Shown here: piece after piece, positions 48,125 through 56,598 of the stretch
How the letters are laid out: the number at the start of each line of letters is the position of its first letter
Numbering within the stretch: position 1 is the first letter of the stretch
DNA from: Candidatus Obscuribacteraceae bacterium
GTDB lineage: Bacteria > Cyanobacteriota > Vampirovibrionia > Obscuribacterales > Obscuribacteraceae
Assembly: GCA_044229845.1 (NCBI GenBank)
Contig: JBGASG010000014.1
Span: forward strand, 9,047 to 73,046
DNA length: 64,000 nt
Reading direction: 5' to 3'
The notes under the pieces: model-generated
Told to the model about the DNA's origin: nothing
What the model saw: the letters and a program-made list of their open reading frames with translations, nothing else
Databases searched by the model: none
Made by a program: the position numbers and the translations under genes

Positions 48125-49354
48125 TCAAGCCTTCAAAAACATTCGTTCGAAGAGTTGTGTTACCCGCTGCACAGTGTCACGAGTGACGTGACGTCCATCA
48201 GATTCAAACGGAGTAGGGCTACAGTATGTGACTACCTCATAAGCAGGGAAGTAGGTTACTGCGTCTGCGTTGCGCCTGACGAATTCTTCAATTGCCACAC
48301 GCAGCGTGCTCTTGGAATGACAATTTGCTTGCACCACATGGCACTCATCGCCACGGAAGGTAGCGTAGAGAGGGACAGGTGAAAGAGTAACGATGAGTTT
48401 AACGTCCGGGTTGTGCGCCCGCCATATATCGAACATTCTCTGCAGCTCGGCGACGTTTTGCTCAACGCTGAGAATTTCTTTGTAGACCAGATAAGAAGCC
48501 AGGCTTCGAGGGTAACGGGCAATCACCCAATCATCTTGCTGTAAACGCCATACTTCATTCAAGCCGACAGTCATCACGAAGACTTTCGCTTCGGTTAGGG
48601 CCTTTCTTGCTGCAGGCAAATGCTGCTGCATGGACTGTTCATATTCCTCGATTGAATCAAAAATTATTTCCTCGCGGAACGGATCCCAGTACTGCGGCTT
48701 TCCGGTCTCGGATGACTTGAATAACAGCTTCGGGCGCTGACGAATACCAAAGGCGAACTCCATCAGTTGCCTAAAGGACGGTGTATTGTAGAGGTGTCCC
48801 CATGCAGCACAAGAGTGAATGTTGGGTTCCGCGAGAATGTAATTGAATCGATTTGACTTGAGATACTGCGCAATTTCGGTAGCGAAGCAGCTGCCAGCGG
48901 AGCCAATAGGTGTTTGCTGATCGATTAATGGTTTACGATGAACCAATAAATCCTCGTCACAGAGATTACGTCCGTGAGGCTCTGGAGCACCGGGATTCGG
49001 CCAATAGACAGCTTTCCAGTTTGGCTTCAAATGAGCTTTGTATGCCGCCTCGGAATCATCAGCGCGCAAAGAAACGAGCCGCAGGCGATTCAAGGCCGCT
49101 GAGACAGTGCCATGCGTGGTGGCATCGCTCTGCAGCAACTTCTGGAGAAGATGCTGCTCGCAGGCGATACAAATCTTGCGAAACGACTGATCGTTGTCCG
49201 AAGCCCGAAGCATCTCCAGAAGCTCAGCGGCGATAGGTCGAAAGCGTTCCTGATTGAAGATCGAGTTGACTACCATCGCCAGAGAGCGGGTCGTCCGGAT
49301 GTCCTCGTCTGTGCTTGCAACAACTACGGGTGAATTACAAACTGCTGAACTCAT
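48125..49354 (-). CDS. GSCFA-domain protein
   Basis: SAGSCFA, TVGLNEVW, TLSPVPL, NCHSKSTLR, YFPAYE, DGRHV. Confidence 0.88.
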   Translation of the reverse strand: MSSAVCNSPVVVASTDEDIRTTRSLAMVVNSIFNQERFRPIAAELLEMLRASDNDQSFRKICIACEQHLLQKLLQSDATTHGTVSAALNRLRLVSLRADDSEAAYKAHLKPNWKAVYWPNPGAPEPHGRNLCDEDLLVHRKPLIDQQTPIGSAGSCFATEIAQYLKSNRFNYILAEPNIHSCAAWGHLYNTPSFRQLMEFAFGIRQRPKLLFKSSETGKPQYWDPFREEIIFDSIEEYEQSMQQHLPAARKALTEAKVFVMTVGLNEVWRLQQDDWVIARYPRSLASYLVYKEILSVEQNVAELQRMFDIWRAHNPDVKLIVTLSPVPLYATFRGDECHVVQANCHSKSTLRVAIEEFVRRNADAVTYFPAYEVVTYCSPTPFESDGRHVTRDTVQRVTQLFERMFLKA

Positions 49355-50278
49355 TACTCAGTCCTATTATAATGGCAACTTTACTCTTTAGCAGCAGAAC
49401 TTAGTCTGCACGGAGGGTGAGCTACAGTCCCAGTTTTTTAGCACACTCAGCGCAACCGCCTTTGTAAGTGTTGACAGCGATCAAAGAGCGCGGAATGCCG
49501 GCGATCAGTGCGCACTGGGGAATCACACTGCCTATCGCTCATTCGCGACTCCGGTATCAAATATGGTGCAATCCGATGACTCGCTCATTGAGTAATCAAT
49601 CCAACCGGACAGATGTAACTGAATATTGGCTGCGCCCCATAGTTCCGCACTTTTTGGTCGCCGTCGACAATAAGCTCAATTATCGAACAGAATCGACTTT
49701 CTATCCAGTTCTACGAGTTCATTTAATCTATGGACACTCACAATTCCGTTCTGGATAAGCGTCACAGTAGAGGCGAGTAAGACTCGTTCAGACTCTCGCA
49801 CATCTGTGACAACGTCGAGCAGACGCGGAAATGCGGCGCGCGCGACAAAGCTCCAATCCTGGTTTTGCACCGCGCATCACGGAAGCTACGGTACGCGGTT
49901 TTTGGCAGTTGCAAAGACCTGCGGGGGCTTTCCCAAAACCCCATGCTCACCGTCTCCGACGGCGATTTCAGGAGCGGCTTTCAACAGGGGCGGAGCTGCA
50001 TCTTATCCCGCAGCATCGCGGCTCGTTACCGTGGATGGGCGAACAATCACGACGAACATGCGTCTTAGCCCCACGTAGATCGGCAATTGCCGACCCCATA
50101 TTACCAAGATCTTGTAAAGGTCTTCATAAACGGGGTTTCAGGACAGGGCACGGGCTTACTTCGCACAGCGCGAGAAAAACGAAGAATGCTATCGTCTAAG
50201 TAGCAAGGGGCACGATGGGTGGAAGAACATCAGGACCTCAGACTAAGTGGTCGGACCTCTGACGTAGGAAAACCAAGT

Positions 50279-50926
50279 ATGTTTAGCAAATTAATCGCTC
50301 TGACGATCGCGGTCTGGATGTTGCTCTCCGGGTATTCAGAACGCGCCGACGCAAAAAGTAACAATGCTCGCAAGGTCCGAACCCAGGGCGAATCTGCGGT
50401 ACCCGTCCAACCAGCGGGTACCGTACCGTCGGCCGGAGTATCGCCGACCGATTTGCAGCTGTCGCCTACCGAAGCTTACAGTCAAGGCGATGGTTATCTG
50501 CGCAGTAATGTGATTTTCAATGATCAAGGTTCTAATTATCGACTTTCTCGGCAGGGGGCGCCGAAACAGACAGGCGGAAGTGGTCTGCCGCCAGCAACCG
50601 GAGCACCACCGGCGGTGCCACCATCGTCAAAGCTTCAAAGCCAGACACCCATAAGCGACATGAGCGCCGCCCAGCAACTCCTCCAGCAGTCATTGGATGC
50701 GACTTTTTATGCTTGCGATTATCTAATCCTCACCGGTGTCAATTCACGGCAGTTAAGTGCTCAGGAAGAACTTGAGTTGCGAACAGAAATGGACGGAATT
50801 GCTGCACTCAACAAATCCTACGTGGTCAAAGGTTATACGAAAGATACCTTCAATGAAATACAGCGCAAGTTAGTCATTCTCCAGCTGCACATTTATACCT
50901 ACGGACAAAACGCAATCACAAGGTGA
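50279..50926 (+). CDS. Secreted hypothetical protein
   Basis: Signal-peptide-like MFSKLIALTIAVWMLLSG...ADA; Pro-rich linker; helical C-terminal domain shared with 60347..60967. Confidence 0.7.
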   Translation: MFSKLIALTIAVWMLLSGYSERADAKSNNARKVRTQGESAVPVQPAGTVPSAGVSPTDLQLSPTEAYSQGDGYLRSNVIFNDQGSNYRLSRQGAPKQTGGSGLPPATGAPPAVPPSSKLQSQTPISDMSAAQQLLQQSLDATFYACDYLILTGVNSRQLSAQEELELRTEMDGIAALNKSYVVKGYTKDTFNEIQRKLVILQLHIYTYGQNAITR

Positions 50927-51153
50927 AGATCAAGTTTTGCAGCCGACTGCCTATCACTACCGATGTTAGAGCGAAACACGATGGCAACGCTCCTGGATGC
51001 ACAAGACCGGCAGGTGTTTGACCATTGAAAATTATGTGGAAAAACCACTTTCGTTCATCTAAAGCGGATCTTATTTGACCGACCACCGCTCCTCCTTCTT
51101 GAGTCACATGAAAGAAAAAGCTAACCCTGGGTAATGTCTCCTAATGACACCCT

Positions 51154-51162
51154 TGGTATCAT
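51154..51162 (+). promoter_or_regulatory. Putative extended -10 element (TGGTATCAT)
   Basis: About 60 nt upstream of ATG 51222. Confidence 0.35.
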
Positions 51163-51221
51163 GCTTCCTTCTGAAGCTCTCAGGCTTCTTCAAGCTTTCG
51201 AACCGATGCGGAGCAAACGAC

Positions 51222-53564
51222 ATGCGAAGCACCAGACGTCCGTATGACCAGTCGAACGGGTCGAAGAACACTCGTTTGCAAGCGCAGGCGCCTGATTTTA
51301 CTAGACCCAGTGTTTTACACCTGATTGTAATTGCCACTCTGATCATTTCTCTCGTGAGCTGGTGTTATGCACCCGCAGTCGTGAACGGCTTTCACGGCGA
51401 CGATTTTCTGCACGTTCATTGGCTCACCCTGGCTGCCAATCATCCGTCGATGCTCTGGGACAACTTCACCGGACCCTGGCTGGGCTCAACCGACGTCAAG
51501 TTCTATCGCCCGCTAATTTCCGTGATCTTCTGGATTGAACATCAGCTCTGGGGATTCAATGCGGTCGGTTATCACCTGACCAACGTCGGCTTTCACTTGA
51601 GCGGCGTGCTCTGCTTGCTATTCATCGGGAAGCGCCTGGCACTGTTGGCTGGATTTGATGAAAAGGCATCGCGAACCGTCGGGATACTCGCCGCTACCCT
51701 ATGGGGAATTCATCCCCTGAACGCTGAAGTTGTAGCCTGGGTCACCGGGCGGGTCGATGCAACAGTCACGGCATTTTCTCTCGGCTGTCTTCTCGCGTAT
51801 CTAAAATGGCGCGAGTCCAAGAAACCAGCCACACTCGCAATCGGCCTGACACTCTTCATTTTGGCGTTGCTCTGCAAAGAAATGGCGGTCATTCTTCCAC
51901 CATTATTTGTTTGCCTCGACCTGATGTTCCACGATGGCAGCAAATTCGGCAGACTGCGAAGCCTACCCTTTTGGCTTGTCCTTAGCGGCTATTTTATGGT
52001 TCGTCAACTTACGATGGGCACCATGATCGGTGCTTATGACAATACATTGGATACTGACTGGAGATTGCTCTGGAAGAGGTTCAAAGGCGGACTGCCATTT
52101 TTGTTTTCACCTTTCAATCTGAACATATTTCAGCGGACCGATGTCGTGGTCAGAGTTTGGAACTGCGTGTTCGCCACGATATTGGGATTAGGGTTAGTGC
52201 AACTAGTAGCTACCCGAGCCAGACACTGGCGCTTGCATGCATTTTGCATACTCTGGTTCGGACTAGCACTTCTACCCGTCTACAAAGTATTTGCAGTCGC
52301 TCAGAACCTCGAGAGTTCGCGATACGCATATTCAGCGGTTTTACCTCTTTGCCTGTTGCTGTCCGTCCTTGCAACGCCGACGTTGAAACTGCGCTGGCTA
52401 GCAGGACTGCAAGGGGCGTTGGTTATTACGCTAGGCGGCATTGCGGCATTTGCGCTGCACACCCACGCGACAGTCTGGGGCGATGCAGGGAAGATAAGCA
52501 CCCGAATCGCTAACCAAATTTATCAACTGGTCAAGGATCGTTCAGTCCGTCCCACAGTGCTTATGATGGGACTTCCCGATAACATAAACGGGGCGTATGT
52601 AATGCGGAATGCCCTCCCGGGAATGGTGACGCCACCGTACTTCCCTAAAGAACTCGCGATGGCCCGGAACCTAGATCGATTTTGCGCCCTCTATCCTTTT
52701 GCTCTTTTCAGGGACAGCTGGGCGGAAGGCACGGACGCCACCGTCGTATGTTGGAACGACGAAAAGAAGCAGTTAGAACAGGCAAAGATTACTGCGTCAT
52801 CGTGGGCAGAAAAAAAGTCCGTCCTGCCGCTCCAAAATGTGAAGGTGGGAGGGGGCACAGGCCGCCTAACCGATCGGGGACTCGACATCAATGCGCTGCA
52901 GAAATATACGATTCTCGATTTGCGAGATTTAAACGCGGAATGCTCTGCGATAGATTTCGTCCAAGTGACTCTGAAGAATTGCCACGAGAATCTCGAGCCT
53001 TCAACCATGACGTACGTGAATCACCTTCATCCGAACGCCTATCCTACCTGGTCTTCCACCGTGCGACCAACGGTTGTTTCTGTGGCACCGAATGTGGTGC
53101 GGATGATGTTTCCCTTAAGGCAGCATCCCGAGTGGGTACTGGGGGAAAAGTGCACAGAGCTGGTATTCGGCATTCCTGCGTCCGATTACTCCGTCATGTC
53201 AATTGAGGCTACCACTGCTGCAAATGTGATACCGAGAGTTTCTTTGCCGACAACAGCGGTGGAGAGTTCCTCGCTGTCCCTTGGCGCTCAACCGGCGGAA
53301 GTGTCCGTCGCAGACAGAGGCGCCCGCAGTCTCGTTCTTGAGGTGTCTCCGCGCGGACAATACTTCGAAAAACAATATGCCTCGACGCCGAGAGCGCAGA
53401 GCGTCCTCAAACACTTCAAGCCGAACCAAAAGATGCTGTTGGACCAAACGATGTTTGACGCCGGAATGTATCAAGCACGTGTCTGGTGGGCGGGCACCAA
53501 CGGACAGCCCGAGGGGTTATCGTCTGATCACTTCAATATTGTTGTACCGTCCGGGACGCGGTAA
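51222..53564 (+). CDS. TMTC/PMT-like (GT-C) membrane glycosyltransferase with large C-terminal soluble region
   Basis: GDDF, FYRPL, YHLTNVGFH, HPLNAEVVAWVTGR, ALLCKE, RYAY. Confidence 0.8.
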   Translation: MRSTRRPYDQSNGSKNTRLQAQAPDFTRPSVLHLIVIATLIISLVSWCYAPAVVNGFHGDDFLHVHWLTLAANHPSMLWDNFTGPWLGSTDVKFYRPLISVIFWIEHQLWGFNAVGYHLTNVGFHLSGVLCLLFIGKRLALLAGFDEKASRTVGILAATLWGIHPLNAEVVAWVTGRVDATVTAFSLGCLLAYLKWRESKKPATLAIGLTLFILALLCKEMAVILPPLFVCLDLMFHDGSKFGRLRSLPFWLVLSGYFMVRQLTMGTMIGAYDNTLDTDWRLLWKRFKGGLPFLFSPFNLNIFQRTDVVVRVWNCVFATILGLGLVQLVATRARHWRLHAFCILWFGLALLPVYKVFAVAQNLESSRYAYSAVLPLCLLLSVLATPTLKLRWLAGLQGALVITLGGIAAFALHTHATVWGDAGKISTRIANQIYQLVKDRSVRPTVLMMGLPDNINGAYVMRNALPGMVTPPYFPKELAMARNLDRFCALYPFALFRDSWAEGTDATVVCWNDEKKQLEQAKITASSWAEKKSVLPLQNVKVGGGTGRLTDRGLDINALQKYTILDLRDLNAECSAIDFVQVTLKNCHENLEPSTMTYVNHLHPNAYPTWSSTVRPTVVSVAPNVVRMMFPLRQHPEWVLGEKCTELVFGIPASDYSVMSIEATTAANVIPRVSLPTTAVESSSLSLGAQPAEVSVADRGARSLVLEVSPRGQYFEKQYASTPRAQSVLKHFKPNQKMLLDQTMFDAGMYQARVWWAGTNGQPEGLSSDHFNIVVPSGTR

Positions 53565-54992
53565 ATGCTTTTCACCAGCTGCATTTTTCTCTTCCTTTTC
53601 TTGCCAGTCGTTATTGGTTCTTACTACTTGCTGCGATCAAACTTAGCGCGCAATTTTCTTTTGACAGTGGCCAGCCTGTTTTTCTATTCATGGGGCGAGC
53701 CTAGCTATTTCTGGGTGATGCTGTGCATGGTGGCACTGAATTATTCTGCGGCCATCGCCATCGAACGGCTTAAGAAGCCCAGGCGAACCTGGCTAATGAC
53801 GCTAACGGTGATAGCGAATATCTCTACTCTGGCGTGGTTTAAGTACAGCGGCTTTTTAGTGGATAACTTGAACGCGGGGCTTTTGGGGCTGCGCATGCCT
53901 CAGATCGATTTTGCTGGAGTGCACCTGCCGCTAGGGATTTCCTTTTTCATCTTTCACTCATTGTCCTACGTCATAGATGTTTTTAGAGGAGTCGCCCCGG
54001 CGCAGCGCAATCCTCTAAACATGGCTTTGTACATTTCACTGTTTCCCCAGCTTATAGCTGGGCCAATAGTACGCTATCACGAGATTAACGAGCAACTTCT
54101 AAACAGAACCGAATCGCTTGAGAAATTCGCGGAAGGGATCCGTCGCTTCACGGTCGGGCTGTCCAAGAAATTACTGATTGCCAATGCTATTGCGGTCCCA
54201 GCCGATGCAATTTTTGGTGTGCCGGCGAATCAACTCGGAATTGGAACAGCCTGGCTGGGCGCAATCTGTTATATGTTGCAGATTTATTTTGACTTCTCAG
54301 CCTATTCTGACATGGCAGTCGGACTGGGTTTGATGTTCGGATTTAGGCTACCCGAGAATTTCAACTATCCATATGCTGCAACATCAATCCGAGACTTCTG
54401 GCAACGCTGGCACATGTCTTTGTCTAATTGGTTTCGCGATTATCTATACATTCCCTTGGGTGGCAATCGCGTTTCTGCATCACGTGTATGTTTGAACTTG
54501 ATGCTGGTGTTTTTGCTCTGCGGTCTGTGGCACGGAGCCAGTTGGCAATTCATAGCATGGGGTGCGTATCATGGCACTTTTCTTGGAGCCGAGCGCGCAT
54601 TCCTGGGTAGAACATTAGAGCATCTGGGCGCACCGCTCAGGCATGCTTACGCGCTGCTTGTTGTGCTTTTCGGATGGGTGCTGTTTAGAGCCGATAATAT
54701 CACTCATGCAGCGTCCTACTACTCGGCAATGCTTGGTGCGAATAACCATTCCTCAGACATACCCTTGCTTGACCCGCGATATTTGTCGAACGAGTTCTTT
54801 GTCGTATCAACGGCAGGGGTGCTGCTCTCTTTCGCCGCATATCCGAAAACCCGCAGTCTGCTAGCTCTGCATCCACGAATTGGCAGATTCCACTTATCAG
54901 TGCGCACCGCGGTCTATCTAGCGCTGATGGGGGTTTGCGTCTTGGAGTCCGTCGCGAGCACATATAATCCATTCATCTACTTCAGGTTTTGA
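53565..54992 (+). CDS. algI: MBOAT O-acyltransferase, AlgI/PatA-like
   Basis: LPLGISFFIF, FPQLIAGPIVRY, QIYFDFSAYSDMA, PENFNYPY, FWQRWHMSLS, GLWHGA, C-terminal PFIYFRF. Confidence 0.93.
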   Translation: MLFTSCIFLFLFLPVVIGSYYLLRSNLARNFLLTVASLFFYSWGEPSYFWVMLCMVALNYSAAIAIERLKKPRRTWLMTLTVIANISTLAWFKYSGFLVDNLNAGLLGLRMPQIDFAGVHLPLGISFFIFHSLSYVIDVFRGVAPAQRNPLNMALYISLFPQLIAGPIVRYHEINEQLLNRTESLEKFAEGIRRFTVGLSKKLLIANAIAVPADAIFGVPANQLGIGTAWLGAICYMLQIYFDFSAYSDMAVGLGLMFGFRLPENFNYPYAATSIRDFWQRWHMSLSNWFRDYLYIPLGGNRVSASRVCLNLMLVFLLCGLWHGASWQFIAWGAYHGTFLGAERAFLGRTLEHLGAPLRHAYALLVVLFGWVLFRADNITHAASYYSAMLGANNHSSDIPLLDPRYLSNEFFVVSTAGVLLSFAAYPKTRSLLALHPRIGRFHLSVRTAVYLALMGVCVLESVASTYNPFIYFRF

Positions 54993-54996
54993 TCCG

Positions 54997-56598
54997 ATGG
55001 TCAGCGCATCAAAGTCCCCAGTGGTGGAAGTACGGACAAGTCCTTCATGCGAGGGAAAGAGTTTCGATCGCCAAAACAAAGTCCATAAGTCAGATCTCTT
55101 TCTTGTGTTCGGATTTTGCTCGGTGATTGCGATCGTCGCAGTGCTGACGTGGCTGTTATCTCCTGAACAAGTTTCGGACGCTGAGAATCGAGAACTCGTT
55201 CAATTTCCAAAATTGCACCGAAAAAAGATCGCGGAATTTCCGCCTCAATTTGAAGCCTATTTGAATGATCGTATCGCATTCAGGCAGACGCTTGTGCAGA
55301 CGAGAAATCTTCTGAAGTACAAACTATTCAACGTCTCTACCGGCTCAGACGTCGCCATTGGCAAGAATGATTTCCTCTTCTTTCTAGGCGAGGGGATGGA
55401 GCGCTTGTGCAAGGTAGAACATCCATTGACTAGCGCCGAAGTCGATGACTGGGTCACCGCGATAATCGAAAGGCAGCGTTCGCTAAAAGCCAGCGGCATC
55501 AAGTATCTATTCGTTGTCGCACCAGAAAAACCTTCAGTCTACCCTGAGTTATTGCCGCCCATATTGTCCCCCTTGCGTGCTACTTCATGCGTCGACCAGA
55601 TTAAGCTAGCCCTTGAGAAAAGAGGATTTGTCGATTTGGTAGATTTGCGCGCCCCGTTACTCAATGCGAAAAGGACGAAGCTCGTTTATTTGAAGACAGA
55701 CACTCACTGGAACGACTACGGCGCATTAATTGGCTACCAGTGCATTATCAACAAGCTAAGTCGCTGGTTTCCAAACTTGGAACCAAGCCTGACTGAGCGG
55801 CAGGTCGCAATGCAAATGCTGCCTCACACTAACGGCGACTGTCCCAAACTGATGGGGCTTGCCCGGCTCGTCACAGAAATGGCACCCAAAATCGGTCCAG
55901 AATTTCGCAACTCGTGCCCTGCAGAACTTTTGGACAGCCAGGTTGTGCAGACAGACCACGAGCGCACCAAAACCGGCGACAGCAGTCTTCCGAGCGCTTT
56001 GGTACTGCACGATTCCTTCGGCTTTGCCCTGAAGCCATACCTCTACAGACATTTTAAGCAAGTGCACTTCCAGCGGGAAACCGCCTATTCATGTGACGGC
56101 AAGCTAATCGAAAAATACAAACCAGATGTGGTCGTTCAAATTCTCGTTGAGCGGCGCTTGCTGAATGATTTACCATTTCACAGCAGAGATTGGAGAAGCT
56201 GGCTCAAACGATCGATTTCGCATTCTGCGGGGACGAGCCGCGAGTGGCTGAGCATCTTACCCAATGACAAGCGCTTCAATGTTCATGCCTTGGAGCGGCT
56301 TGATTTAGGTCCCTCTGTCAATCCCACAACCGTCCGATTACACACCAAATCTGGTGATGAAGTGAGATTCACCGCCGAGAGTGCGCTGTGGTTCGAATGG
56401 TATCTACTGAAAGATGGGAATCAAGGGTCCTCATTCGCCAGTGAGTCGTCGAAACGAGCGTACGGACAATTGCAAGACTTCGTTCGGTTCAGCGGGCACT
56501 TCAGGAAGGCCGGGGAGTTTGTCTTGCCCAACAAGGAGATTCTGCACTTGTATAAGCGGAATGCGCCGAACGCGACGAGCTCACACAGTGCCAACTAG
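54997..56598 (+). CDS. AlgJ/AlgX-like SGNH acetyltransferase
   Basis: N-terminal TM, ENR, PEKPSVYPE, YLKTDTHWN, HDSF, VER; follows the MBOAT gene. Confidence 0.85.
   Translation: MVSASKSPVVEVRTSPSCEGKSFDRQNKVHKSDLFLVFGFCSVIAIVAVLTWLLSPEQVSDAENRELVQFPKLHRKKIAEFPPQFEAYLNDRIAFRQTLVQTRNLLKYKLFNVSTGSDVAIGKNDFLFFLGEGMERLCKVEHPLTSAEVDDWVTAIIERQRSLKASGIKYLFVVAPEKPSVYPELLPPILSPLRATSCVDQIKLALEKRGFVDLVDLRAPLLNAKRTKLVYLKTDTHWNDYGALIGYQCIINKLSRWFPNLEPSLTERQVAMQMLPHTNGDCPKLMGLARLVTEMAPKIGPEFRNSCPAELLDSQVVQTDHERTKTGDSSLPSALVLHDSFGFALKPYLYRHFKQVHFQRETAYSCDGKLIEKYKPDVVVQILVERRLLNDLPFHSRDWRSWLKRSISHSAGTSREWLSILPNDKRFNVHALERLDLGPSVNPTTVRLHTKSGDEVRFTAESALWFEWYLLKDGNQGSSFASESSKRAYGQLQDFVRFSGHFRKAGEFVLPNKEILHLYKRNAPNATSSHSAN

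Noticed and set aside
49468..50199. Short overlapping ORFs in the long intergenic region
   Set aside because: No clear RBS or motif and mutually overlapping; none can be supported as a CDS
53565..56598. Alginate biosynthesis locus
   Set aside because: Only the MBOAT and SGNH pair is present; no Alg8/Alg44/AlgD/AlgE-like genes
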